From a virus (taxonomy: Duplodnaviria > Caudoviricetes): DNA of 40,769 nucleotides. Position 1 is the stretch's first letter. Every line of letters starts with the position of its first letter. The stretch spans positions 1-40,769 of the IMG/VR virus record IMGVR_UViG_3300037797_000045, one strand, 5' to 3'. Of the stretch, positions 32,316-40,632 are shown in pieces. Position numbers and translations under genes: made by a program. The notes under the pieces were generated by a model, which ran no database searches, was not told where the DNA came from, and worked only from the letters and a program-made list of their open reading frames with translations.

Positions 32316-32913
32316 GAACGAGCCGACCCTGGCCTCCGCGATGGCGCTGGCCTTCGCCGAGATCGAGGGCGCGGCGAAGGACAAGATCAACCCGCACTTC
32401 AAGAGCAAGTATGCGGACCTCGGCTCCGTCATGGACGCTATCAAGCCACCGCTGGTGAAGCAAGGTCTGTTCTACATTCAGCGGTGCGAGCCTTCCGAGG
32501 ACGGCGTGATCGTCGCCACCATCCTTCGCCACGGCGCGACCGGCGAGGAAATGGACCTCGGCAAGCTCTACGTCCCGGCGAACAAGCGCGACGCGCAGGG
32601 CTTCGGCTCGGCGCTCACCTATGCCCGACGCTATGCCCTGATGACGGCGTTTGGCGTGCCGGCGGAGGATGATGACGGCAACGCCGCTTCCCGCTCCGCC
32701 CCGGCCAATGCGAACAACGGCAACGGTCATGCCAACGGCAAGATCGACGATCACCAATACGCCACGCTCGTCACGCTGGCGGAGAATGTCGGCGCCGATA
32801 CCAAGCGGTTCTGCGAATATTTCGGCGTCCAGAAGCTGACAGACATTCGCGCCGCCGACTTCGACAAGGCCGTGGCGGCTCTCCAGGCCAAGGCGAAGAA
32901 GGAGAACGCATGA
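32299..32913 (+). CDS. erf: ERF-family single-strand annealing protein
   Basis: NPHFKSKYADL, Q.FGSALTYARRYAL...G...EDDDG. Confidence 0.92.
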   Translation: MTAAAKNEPTLASAMALAFAEIEGAAKDKINPHFKSKYADLGSVMDAIKPPLVKQGLFYIQRCEPSEDGVIVATILRHGATGEEMDLGKLYVPANKRDAQGFGSALTYARRYALMTAFGVPAEDDDGNAASRSAPANANNGNGHANGKIDDHQYATLVTLAENVGADTKRFCEYFGVQKLTDIRAADFDKAVAALQAKAKKENA

Positions 32914-33350
32914 TGGGCAAGCTCAAGCACGGCGCGGCGCGGCGCGGCGCCCATTCGCCTGAGTTTAAGGCGTGGCGCGCCATGCGCCGCAGGTGCCTTG
33001 ATCCGAACTTCATCGTCTTTGAAAACTACGGCGGACGCGGCATCAGAATTTGTGATCGCTGGGCTGACTTCAACACCTTCCGGGCTGACATGGGGCCAAA
33101 GCCTAGCCCCGACCACTCGCTTGACCGGATCAACCCGGACGGCGACTACGCGCCGACGAATTGCCGCTGGGCGACTCGATCGGAACAGAATCTTAATCAG
33201 CGCCCCCGCCGCCCGGCTGCCGCATGTCGCCGAGGCCACCTGTTCACCGGCGAAAACACCTACACCGACAAGCGAGGAAACCGCAGCTGCAAGAGGTGTC
33301 GGGCCGCGTCTGCAACCCGCACTCGACAGAAGGAGAAGGCCCATGCTTGA
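32910..33350 (+). CDS. HNH-type (homing) endonuclease
   Basis: W..MRRRC, NYGGRGI.IC.RW..F..F..DMG, SLDRI..DG.Y.P.NCRWAT..EQ..N, C-terminal C.RGH..T..N...C..C. Confidence 0.85.
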   Translation: MMGKLKHGAARRGAHSPEFKAWRAMRRRCLDPNFIVFENYGGRGIRICDRWADFNTFRADMGPKPSPDHSLDRINPDGDYAPTNCRWATRSEQNLNQRPRRPAAACRRGHLFTGENTYTDKRGNRSCKRCRAASATRTRQKEKAHA

Positions 33351-33984
33351 TCTCATCCAGGGTACGGAGGAATGGCTCCGCTACCGAGCTGGCCGCGCCA
33401 CCGCTTCGCGGGTGGCCGATATCATCGCCCGCACAAAGACAGGCTGGGGTGCGTCCAGGGCCAATTACGCGGCGCAGCTTGTGGCGGAGCGGCTGACCGG
33501 CGTTCCGGCCGAGACATTCACGAACGCGGCCATGGCTTGGGGCACAGCTACCGAGCCGGAAGCCTGCCGAGCATATGCCTTCTATGCGGACGCAGATCTG
33601 ACGGAGATCGGCTTTGTCGATCATCCGAAGATCGCGATGGCCGGGGCAAGTCCCGACCGCCTCGTCGGCAGCGACGGGCTCTTGGAGGTGAAGTGCCCCC
33701 AGACTGCGACACATATCGCAACGCTTCTCGGCGGCGCGATCCCTGAGAAGTATCGGACTCAAATCCAGTGGCAATTGGCCTGTATGCCAGAACGCAGCTG
33801 GGCTGACTTCGCTTCCTACGATCCACGGCTCCCCGAATCCATGCGCCTGTTCGTGCAGCGGGTCGAGCGGGACGGGGAGGCCATCGCTGGCATGGAGGCG
33901 CACGTCATCGACTTTCTGGGCGAGGTTGATGAGACAGTCGCGCAGCTCCGCGCCCGCTACGAGCAGCAGCAGAAAGCCGCCTGA
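33343..33984 (+). CDS. YqaJ/lambda-exonuclease-family protein
   Basis: QGT.EW...R.G..TAS, AM.WG...E, GASPD.LV, LEVKCP, Y..QIQ.QL. Confidence 0.92.
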   Translation: MLDLIQGTEEWLRYRAGRATASRVADIIARTKTGWGASRANYAAQLVAERLTGVPAETFTNAAMAWGTATEPEACRAYAFYADADLTEIGFVDHPKIAMAGASPDRLVGSDGLLEVKCPQTATHIATLLGGAIPEKYRTQIQWQLACMPERSWADFASYDPRLPESMRLFVQRVERDGEAIAGMEAHVIDFLGEVDETVAQLRARYEQQQKAA

Positions 33985-34283
33985 TGAGCAAGCCCGCCGC
34001 CCTCAAGCGCCATCACGACCGCGTGGCGGACCTCGGCTGTCTCGTCTGCGGCGGCCCGGCGGAGGTTCACCACGTCACCGGCTATGCCGACAGGCCCGGC
34101 CGATTCTCGCGGGACGAATGGCTCGTCACGCCGCTGTGCCCTTTCCATCATCGGATCGACCAATTCGTTTCCGCGCCGACAAGCGTTCAGGGGCTCGGCC
34201 ATCAGGGCTTCTATCAGGAATACGGGATCGACCTGTACGCCGAGGCGATGCGGCTCGCGGCGCAGGCGAGGCTGGCAGCATGA
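33984..34283 (+). CDS. Ref/DUF968-like HNH-type nuclease
   Basis: VA.LGCLVC, EVHH, PLCP.HH. Confidence 0.75.
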   Translation: MSKPAALKRHHDRVADLGCLVCGGPAEVHHVTGYADRPGRFSRDEWLVTPLCPFHHRIDQFVSAPTSVQGLGHQGFYQEYGIDLYAEAMRLAAQARLAA

Positions 34284-34723
34284 GCGACAAAGAGCCCATC
34301 CTGTTCCGCTCCATGCTCGGCTCGCTTCGCCCGGTAAGCGCGGCGGCTGAGGAAGCGGTGAAGGCCACGGCCGGCGGCGTCGTTCGCGTCGAGATCAGGC
34401 GCACGACCGGCAATACCAGGCGGCTCGCAAAATACTGGGTCTGCCTCCGCATCGCCGCTGAGCAGCTATCCGATGCGGTTGACGGCATCCTGACCGTGAA
34501 GGCTTTGCATCGCAGGCTCAAGCGCGATCTCGGCCTTGCCCCGCCCATTGTGTCGAAGAAGACGGGCGAGATCATCGACTACGATTATGAGAGCATTTCG
34601 TTCGCGTCGATGCCTGAGAACGAGCGGGCTGAATATGTCACGGCGGCGCTGGAGAAGATCAGCGCGTGGATCGGCTGCGACGTGGCGACGCTGAGCAAGG
34701 AAGCAGAAAGAGAGGCGGCATAA
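34280..34723 (+). CDS. DUF1367/NinB-like protein
   Basis: G.LRP, V.VEI....N, SISFASM...E. Located in the recombination module. Confidence 0.65.
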   Translation: MSDKEPILFRSMLGSLRPVSAAAEEAVKATAGGVVRVEIRRTTGNTRRLAKYWVCLRIAAEQLSDAVDGILTVKALHRRLKRDLGLAPPIVSKKTGEIIDYDYESISFASMPENERAEYVTAALEKISAWIGCDVATLSKEAEREAA

Positions 34724-34986
34724 TGGCCAACCCCAAATGGACCGACGATCGCCTGCCAGAGGGTGCGCTGTGGTGCGACCGCTGCCAGGGCATGGGAACC
34801 GCCATCTGCCACTGCGGCGGCGACCAATGCTACTGCGAAAACAATGGCGAGATGGAGTGCCCGCGCTGCCACGGCGAGGGCTACTACGTCCTGACACCAG
34901 AGCAGGCCAAGCGCGAAGCCGAGGACGCGGCGGCTTGGCGCGAAATCATGGGCCGCGCCCTCGCCACCCCGGAAGGAGATGGATGA
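34723..34986 (+). CDS. Cys-rich protein with DnaJ-type CxxCxGxG motifs
   Basis: CDRCQGMG...CHCGGD.C.C...CPRCHGEG. Confidence 0.7.
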   Translation: MANPKWTDDRLPEGALWCDRCQGMGTAICHCGGDQCYCENNGEMECPRCHGEGYYVLTPEQAKREAEDAAAWREIMGRALATPEGDG

Positions 34987-35174
34987 TGACCGCCCCCGTC
35001 GAGCAAAATGATGCCGTTCGCCACCCAGAGAACTATTACGCCTGCTCAGGGTGCGGAGATGGCCCTTGGCACCTCTCGTGGGCTGGAGAAGCGGCGTGGG
35101 ATTATGAGGACCAGTGCCCCCGCCTAAAGCGCCGCAGACGTTGGCTCGGTCCTTGTTGCTCAGGGGCCGACTAG
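34983..35174 (+). CDS. Hypothetical Cys-containing protein
   Basis: 63 aa, AGGAG RBS. Confidence 0.45.
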   Translation: MMTAPVEQNDAVRHPENYYACSGCGDGPWHLSWAGEAAWDYEDQCPRLKRRRRWLGPCCSGAD

Positions 35175-35204
35175 CATGGTCCGCGACTATTTGAGGAGCA
35201 AGTC

Positions 35205-35474
35205 ATGACGAGCCTTGTCGAGCGGTTGCGGGAGATTTCTGTGCGCGGCTACACCGTTCGCGGGCAGCCCGACGCCGCCACCATCATGAGCGAAGCCGCC
35301 GACAGGATCAAGGCGCTGGAGGCTGGGCTGCGGCCGTTTGCTCGGTTGGCTGAACAATATGATCCGCCAGAAAGCGATGATGCCGCGCCGCTGATGGTGC
35401 ATGACGGCGATGAACTGAACCGGAGCCATCTCCGCACCGCCCGCTCCCTTCTGGGAGGTTCAGATGGGGAGTGA
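35205..35474 (+). CDS. Hypothetical phage protein (LVERLR...EAADRI..LE pattern)
   Basis: AGGAG RBS, recurrent phage motif. Confidence 0.7.
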   Translation: MTSLVERLREISVRGYTVRGQPDAATIMSEAADRIKALEAGLRPFARLAEQYDPPESDDAAPLMVHDGDELNRSHLRTARSLLGGSDGE

Positions 35475-35817
35475 AGCACAGGCGCGGGAAATGCTGGCGA
35501 GCGCTGCATATAGCGACGGCTGCCACGAACAGACCCGCGACGCCATCCTGACGGCTCCAGACGGAATGCTGCCGATGTATCGCGTAAAGGTGTCCGTCGC
35601 CGTTGAGGCCATCGAAAAAGCTCTCGCCGCCCTCGCCGCTCGCCAACCCTCCGCCGGATGGGAGGAGGTAGGGCCGGAGCTTGTCGAGGCGCTGGTAAGA
35701 ATGATCGGCGCCTATACTGGTGATTGGATCAACTGCGAAGACGCTATCAAACAGGCCAGCGCCGCCCTCGCCAAGGCCAGCGCCCTCTCCCGCCAACCCG
35801 AGGAATCCGCACCATGA
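35464..35817 (+). CDS. Hypothetical protein
   Basis: GGAGG RBS, 117 aa. Confidence 0.6.
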   Translation: MGSEAQAREMLASAAYSDGCHEQTRDAILTAPDGMLPMYRVKVSVAVEAIEKALAALAARQPSAGWEEVGPELVEALVRMIGAYTGDWINCEDAIKQASAALAKASALSRQPEESAP

Positions 35818-36062
35818 ACGAGATGATCGAGAAGGTGGCGCGGGCGCTATCTGCTGCTGAGGACGGCAACGAGGAAAACTGGCGCTCGTTCACGCCTGAC
35901 GCCCGCGCCGCCATCAGCGCCATGCGGGAACCGACCGAGGCGATGGCAAATGCTGGCGGGCTGGCGATCAATGCTGACGAGGACGTTCTGGCAGTCACTG
36001 CGCAAGAGGCTCGCCAAGCCTTCACCGCCATGCTCGACGCCGCCCTTGGAGACGCACCATGA
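35814..36062 (+). CDS. Hypothetical phage protein (ARAAI.AMREPT pattern)
   Basis: ATGA coupling, motif shared with 22804-23121. Confidence 0.7.
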   Translation: MNEMIEKVARALSAAEDGNEENWRSFTPDARAAISAMREPTEAMANAGGLAINADEDVLAVTAQEARQAFTAMLDAALGDAP

Positions 36063-36217
36063 AGCCCGAACAACGCTACGTCATTCTCTACCGTCCGAAC
36101 GTGCCGAACTTCTGTCCCGGTTGCGGCCGCAGCCATTGGTATGTGGGGAGGGTTTCGGCCGAATGTGCCTTCTGCAGGACTGCCCTCGATCTTGAGGAAA
36201 GCAGGAGGGCGGCATGA
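36059..36217 (+). CDS. 52-aa zinc-ribbon protein
   Basis: MKPEQRYVILYRPNVPNFCPGCGRSHWYVGRVSAECAFCRTALDLEESRRAA. GGAG RBS, ATGA overlap. Not in the ORF track. Confidence 0.75.
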   Translation: MKPEQRYVILYRPNVPNFCPGCGRSHWYVGRVSAECAFCRTALDLEESRRAA

Positions 36218-36248
36218 TGGCCGAGCTTGGGGTTGGGGAGGGGGTGCG

Positions 36249-36827
36249 ATGATGGATGATGATGGTGGGCGCGACGTGTTCGGCATAGAGTGTGAGCATC
36301 ATTACGGCATCACTACTCACCCGATGCCGGAACATGGCGACGCCGGCCGCGAGGTTTATCGTCTCATCCGCGAAGCCTGGCACGCCCCGCGAGACGATTA
36401 TGACGGTCTTAGCGATGACGACCACACATGGTCGGTCAAGGTTGCCGAAAACCCCGCTTGGTGGTCGCGCGTCGATATCACCAAGAATGAGCGATCTCCG
36501 TTCTTTGCGTGGCGTCCAAATTGGGTCGATGATGGCCCCGGCGCCCATTGGTTCAGCCAGAGCTTCCGCATCGCCACTCGCGCCACGATCGAGGCAGAGA
36601 TCGCTGACAGGCTGGCGCGGGCGGCCAAATGGCAAGCGGAAGCCGAGCGCCAGCGCGATACCGTTCGCGGTCGCAAGGCGCGTAGCAAGTATACAGGGCT
36701 TGCCGCCATGGCGCGGCGTGAAGCCGAGTTGGTCCGCAGCAGATGGCCAGAATTTGATGGGTCGCCGCGCACTAGCTGGCAAAAGCGGATGCACCGGCAC
36801 CGCGAAAGCAAGCCCCATAATGCCTGA
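36249..36827 (+). CDS. Hypothetical protein
   Basis: 192 aa, Trp-rich N-terminus and basic helical C-terminus. Confidence 0.55.
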   Translation: MMDDDGGRDVFGIECEHHYGITTHPMPEHGDAGREVYRLIREAWHAPRDDYDGLSDDDHTWSVKVAENPAWWSRVDITKNERSPFFAWRPNWVDDGPGAHWFSQSFRIATRATIEAEIADRLARAAKWQAEAERQRDTVRGRKARSKYTGLAAMARREAELVRSRWPEFDGSPRTSWQKRMHRHRESKPHNA

Positions 36828-37218
36828 GGCTGTGCGCCTTCCTTCGATTCTCGCTTCGGCGCGCTCGCCGGCCGATTGGCTGCCGGTGTTCGCGGCCAAG
36901 GGCGTCTGCGTATCCGAACGCACCCTTCGCGCCCGCGCCCGCCAGCTCGGCGCCTGTCACATTCTCGGCAAGTCCATGCTAATCACCCCCGAACAGATCG
37001 ACCGCATCCTGGAGGATTCGCTATGCCCCTCGTCCCGTACCGCAGAGGCGCAATCTGGTGGGCAAAGGGGCGGGTCGAATATAACGGGCGGGCGATCTCC
37101 GGCTACATCCGCGAAAGCACTGGAGCATCTGAGGAGAGCGGCGCAAGGGACTGGATCTCGGAACGGGAGGACCGGGAACGTCGTCGGCATCTCATCGGCG
37201 AAGAAGCGCGCCCGCTGA
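36820..37218 (+). CDS. xis: Excisionase-like DNA-binding protein
   Basis: VSERTLRARARQLGAC..LGK.ML.T...ID.I. Its tail overlaps the int start in another frame. Confidence 0.65.
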   Translation: MPEAVRLPSILASARSPADWLPVFAAKGVCVSERTLRARARQLGACHILGKSMLITPEQIDRILEDSLCPSSRTAEAQSGGQRGGSNITGGRSPATSAKALEHLRRAAQGTGSRNGRTGNVVGISSAKKRAR

Positions 37219-38123
37219 CGTTCAATGACGCGCTGCTGCTCTACAGCCCGACGCCGGCAACGGCGAAGCACCTTATCCCGATCGCCGCGGAGCTCGGCGA
37301 AACCCGGCTCGACAGGATCACCGCCGGCATGATCCGAGCGATGGGGCCGAAGCTCTATCCGAACAACTGCACCGATTCGTGGCGGCGCTGGGTCATCACC
37401 CCGGCCCGCGCCGTCATCAATCACGCCAACGATCTCGGCAAATGCCCGCCGATCAGGGTCAAAGGCTATTCGGAGGCCGAGCGGGTCGAGCAGGACAAGC
37501 GCCGGAAGCGGGCGAGCCGGATCGAGCAGATACCCGGATCATGGGATTGGCTGCTCAAGTTCCGCGAGCACGCTCCGCCGCGGCACGCCGCGCTGGCGCT
37601 GTTCATGTTCACGACGGGGGCGAGGATTGGCCAGGCGGTGGTGATGCACCCGAAGCACCATCTGGACCTGCAGAACGCGCGGGTGACGATCCCCGGCGCC
37701 AAGGGTCATGCCGACAGGACGGTGACGATTCCGATAGAGTTGGTGGTCGAGCTGGCGAACCTGCGTCCGAAGACGCCGCGCGGCTGGAACCGGAACGACA
37801 AGCGCAATCTGAGGGTATTCGGCTTCTCGAGCCGCTGCGGCCCGCTCAAGGTCTGGCGGAAAGCCTGCAAGGCCGCCGGCATCCCCTACATCCCGCCGCA
37901 CGCCGCCGGCCGCCACGGCTTCGGCCAGGAGCACGTTGTCAGGCAGGGCACGGACGACAAGGCGGCGGGGCAATATGGAGGCTGGCGCGACACCGGATTG
38001 ATGCGCCGAACCTATACCCATGCGGAGGGCTCGGAAGACAAGATTCTGGCCGGTTTTCGTGCAGGGCTCGTACAGGCCGAGGAACGCACTGGCCTCAAGC
38101 TGCTGAAAGCGGTAGGAGAATAA
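37023..38123 (+). CDS. int: Tyrosine integrase
   Basis: TGARIGQ (R), GAKG (K), PHAAGRH, GGW, RRTYTH (Y). GGAGG RBS, adjacent to attP. Confidence 0.92.
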   Translation: MPLVPYRRGAIWWAKGRVEYNGRAISGYIRESTGASEESGARDWISEREDRERRRHLIGEEARPLTFNDALLLYSPTPATAKHLIPIAAELGETRLDRITAGMIRAMGPKLYPNNCTDSWRRWVITPARAVINHANDLGKCPPIRVKGYSEAERVEQDKRRKRASRIEQIPGSWDWLLKFREHAPPRHAALALFMFTTGARIGQAVVMHPKHHLDLQNARVTIPGAKGHADRTVTIPIELVVELANLRPKTPRGWNRNDKRNLRVFGFSSRCGPLKVWRKACKAAGIPYIPPHAAGRHGFGQEHVVRQGTDDKAAGQYGGWRDTGLMRRTYTHAEGSEDKILAGFRAGLVQAEERTGLKLLKAVGE

Positions 38124-38287
38124 GCGAGTGTTCACGTCCCTCCGAAGGCAGAGGCCACAGGTTCGAATCCTGTCGGGTGCGCCAGCCTCCTCTCTGTGCA
38201 GCCGCGGCGCGCGCCCGGCGATGCTTGCCGTTCCGTGCGGGTCAATGCGCGAACGTGCAGGCAACGTGCGTTCAAATCCCGTACAGT
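38058..38287 (+). repeat. Putative integrase arm-type sites
   Basis: CGTGCAGG 38058, CGTACAGG 38069, CGTGCAGG 38254, CGTGCGTT 38265, CGTACAGT 38280. Tandem pairs with 11-bp period on both sides of the core. Confidence 0.6.
38138..38184 (+). other. attP core, 3' half of tRNA-Arg(CCG)
   Basis: CCCTCCGAAGGCAG-AGGC-CACAGGTTCGAATCCTGT-CGGGTGCGCCA covers anticodon loop to CCA. No D-arm or 5' acceptor strand upstream. Confidence 0.9.
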
Positions 38288-38319
38288 ACGCCGCCACCCG
38301 GTTGGTGCGGCCGAGGTGA

Positions 38320-38532
38320 GTGATGGCACAGGATAATGGCGATTTCATCTGCCTCTGCAATGCCTGGGTGAGCGATGGCGACATTCCTTGCGACGATAGC
38401 AACTGCCTTCTGTGGGACAGCTTCAAAGGTCCGGGAGCTGGCGAGGTTCTGACCGATCTTACTCGCGCCAAGGCGGTGTTTCAACTTCTCGCCATCGCGG
38501 CCGTGCTCGGCCTTCCGGGAGAAAAACAGTGA
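38320..38532 (+). CDS. Hypothetical protein
   Basis: GAGG RBS, 70 aa. Confidence 0.45.
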   Translation: MMAQDNGDFICLCNAWVSDGDIPCDDSNCLLWDSFKGPGAGEVLTDLTRAKAVFQLLAIAAVLGLPGEKQ

Positions 38533-38798
38533 GCCCGCAAGAGCTAGAGCGGCTTCGCAGGATTGTCGCACGCTGCTTCACGGCGATGCCTGAGCGGAAG
38601 GCGCAAACGCCTGTCCATTGCGGCGAGAATATGGTCGGCACGCTCTGGCAGATTTCTGGCGATATTGCGCGCGCTGTCCTCGACAATGGCGGGGCCGACA
38701 GCGGCCTAACGCCCGGCTCATTCGCCCGCAAGGTTTGGGACGCGCACCGCGACCGGGAGCCCTTTCCGCCTGAGAGCACGGCTCGCGAAGTGCCATGA
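38529..38798 (+). CDS. Hypothetical protein
   Basis: GTGA overlap, GGAG RBS. Confidence 0.55.
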   Translation: MSPQELERLRRIVARCFTAMPERKAQTPVHCGENMVGTLWQISGDIARAVLDNGGADSGLTPGSFARKVWDAHRDREPFPPESTAREVP

Positions 38799-38947
38799 CC
38801 CGCCCCTTCCTCGCCTCCCACCCCTTCTGGTACGGCCCCAGGGCTTGGGTGAATGCCTTCGGCACCGCGTGCTCATGCTTCGCACCATGCCCGCAAGAGC
38901 GGTCATGGCCCTTCGGGTTTCGCCCGACTTTCGCTAGGAGCGCGTGA
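38795..38947 (+). CDS. Hypothetical 50-aa protein
   Basis: Coupled on both sides. N-terminus PF.AS.PFWYG shared with 39396-39491. Confidence 0.4.
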   Translation: MTRPFLASHPFWYGPRAWVNAFGTACSCFAPCPQERSWPFGFRPTFARSA

Positions 38948-39147
38948 TGAGGCCCGCCGAGTCTTTCTACGAACGCGCGGAGGCGAATGACGCCGCCGTT
39001 TGGCGTGCGTGCGAATATCGGCGTGAAGAGTGCGACCGGTGCCCTGCGTGGCGCGACGAGCCGGGGCATGGCCGTTGCAAACAGGGGTGCCGGGCGCTCG
39101 CGGAAGAGATGATTGCCGTATCACTGGAGGCCATGGGCTATGAATAG
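38947..39147 (+). CDS. Small Cys-rich protein
   Basis: AGGAG RBS, C..CP, C..GC. Confidence 0.6.
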   Translation: MRPAESFYERAEANDAAVWRACEYRREECDRCPAWRDEPGHGRCKQGCRALAEEMIAVSLEAMGYE

Positions 39148-39406
39148 ACACCCGGAATGCGAGCCAATGGCGCCGGGCGAAAAGGGCTGGTCGGAATGGA
39201 TTCACCCGCTCCCCGGCTATCTGATGCAATGCTGCGATTGCGGCCTCACCCACGAAATGGAGTTCGAAATAGGGCGCAGATCAGAGACTAGCGGCCCGCC
39301 GTCCGAAGGGCTCAACCCCGGCGAGACAATGGAGACAGTTATCATCTTTCGAGCTAGGCGGTACGCCCGCGATAGGGATGTGACTTTGCCCAACGATGCG
39401 CCCTAA
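39140..39406 (+). CDS. Hypothetical phage protein (W..P...Y.M.CCDCGL.H...F pattern)
   Basis: GGAGG RBS, recurrent phage Zn motif. Confidence 0.7.
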   Translation: MNRHPECEPMAPGEKGWSEWIHPLPGYLMQCCDCGLTHEMEFEIGRRSETSGPPSEGLNPGETMETVIIFRARRYARDRDVTLPNDAP

Positions 39407-39491
39407 GCCGTTCGTTGCCTCAGCACCCTTCTGGTACGGCGTACTGACTATGCTGGCGGGGATAGTGGCGGTGGTTTTGGTGGTGGGGTAG
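39396..39491 (+). CDS. 31-aa single-TM peptide
   Basis: MRPKPFVASAPFWYGVLTMLAGIVAVVLVVG. Confidence 0.4.
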   Translation: MRPKPFVASAPFWYGVLTMLAGIVAVVLVVG

Positions 39492-39511
39492 GCTATGCTG
39501 AAGGAGATGGG

Positions 39512-39727
39512 ATGATGGACGACTATGTTTTCACTCGCCGAGATGCAAGGTGGCTGGCCTTCTTTGCCTGTTGCACCGGCTCCCTCGGGCAAGGAATTTG
39601 GCGGGCCATTGACGCCGGGTTTCCGGCGGGGTGGATTGTCTTCGTCGGTGTCGGCGCTGCGGCCTCCCTGTTCATGACGATAATCGGATACTGGATGGCC
39701 CCTCCCCACACAGGGGAGATAGGGTGA
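39512..39727 (+). CDS. Two-TM membrane protein
   Basis: AAGGAG RBS, hydrophobic segments. Confidence 0.6.
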   Translation: MMDDYVFTRRDARWLAFFACCTGSLGQGIWRAIDAGFPAGWIVFVGVGAAASLFMTIIGYWMAPPHTGEIG

Positions 39728-39981
39728 TGGAGTGGCAACCGATAGCGACCGCGCCGATGCACACCCCTATCCTCGTTGCCTTCCACGGTCACGGGGAAAA
39801 CCGCGTGACCGTGGTGACTCGGATCGGTCAAACTGGCCTCTGGGGCGACTTCGACTACATCAACTCGCACGACGGTGAGCCAAAGTATTGGATGCCGCTT
39901 CCAGCGCCGCCTGACGACATCGCTGGTCCAGACTGCGGCTGCGATGGCTGTACCGAGCAGTATTATGGGGCAGGCGGTTGA
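39727..39981 (+). CDS. DUF551-like protein
   Basis: MEWQPIATAP...ILV and P.YWMPLPAPP. Confidence 0.8.
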   Translation: MEWQPIATAPMHTPILVAFHGHGENRVTVVTRIGQTGLWGDFDYINSHDGEPKYWMPLPAPPDDIAGPDCGCDGCTEQYYGAGG

Positions 39982-40031
39982 CCTACCCGCACCTAACCCC
40001 GCTCGGCAATTCCAGACCGACGGGGAGGTTA

Positions 40032-40159
40032 GAGGCTGCGGGCCGGGCTTGATACCGGCTCTGCCTAGTCGAGATAGGCAGCTATCGCCCGGGGGCTTAC
40101 GCTCGACAACTGGCCTTGCTCCCGCGTTCGCGCGTGTCCATCCACGCCGCCGCAACCTC
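40032..40159 (-). ncRNA. tRNA-shaped C4-like ncRNA, copy C
   Basis: GAGGTTGCGG/CCGCAGCCTC closing stem, CG linker, GCGTG-GATGGA-CACGC, CTGCCTA-TCTCGAC-TAGGCAG, GCCGG-TATCAAGC-CCGGC. Confidence 0.7.
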
Positions 40160-40231
40160 AGTCCCGCGCCTTTCGGCTAGCGGGCTGTCACGCCATCCCT
40201 TCGGCATTCGCCGCGACCAGCGCAACGCCTC

Positions 40232-40279
40232 TCGCTAGCACGGAAAAGGCTTCCGCGCAAGCCCCGCAAGTGGTATAAG
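40232..40279. promoter_or_regulatory. Overlapping divergent promoters
   Basis: Minus: TTGCGC(40260-55)-N17-TAGCGA(40237-32). Plus: TTCCGC(40251)-N17-TATAAG(40274) with TG extension, 5 nt before the ATG at 40285. Confidence 0.6.
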
Positions 40280-40284
40280 GCAGT

Positions 40285-40632
40285 ATGAGGGTTCTGGTCT
40301 GCGGCGGACGCGATTTCAGCGACACGGCGACAGCCTATCGCGCGCTGGACAGGCTGCATTGTGAGCGTCCCATCGGCACCTTGATCGAGGGAGACGCACG
40401 AGGCGCTGACCGCATCGCCGGCTATTGGGCGCGGCGGAACCGGATCGACAATCTCAAGTTTCGCGCGGATTGGGCTAGTCATGGGAAGGCTGCCGGTCCT
40501 ATCAGAAACCAGCGCATGTTAGACGAGGGGCGCCCCGACCTAGTGGTGGCGTTCCCCGGCGGCGCTGGCACCGCCGACATGGTGAGGCGAGCGAGGGCAG
40601 CCGGTGTCGAGATACTGTCCCCCGTCGTCTAG
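40285..40632 (+). CDS. YspA/DUF2493 SLOG-family protein
   Basis: [44 protein letters not shown]. Confidence 0.9.
   Translation: MRVLVCGGRDFSDTATAYRALDRLHCERPIGTLIEGDARGADRIAGYWARRNRIDNLKFRADWASHGKAAGPIRNQRMLDEGRPDLVVAFPGGAGTADMVRRARAAGVEILSPVV

Noticed and set aside
38120-38184. Complete tRNA-Arg gene
   Set aside because: Only anticodon loop to CCA is present and the upstream sequence cannot form a D arm or acceptor stem. Called as attP.
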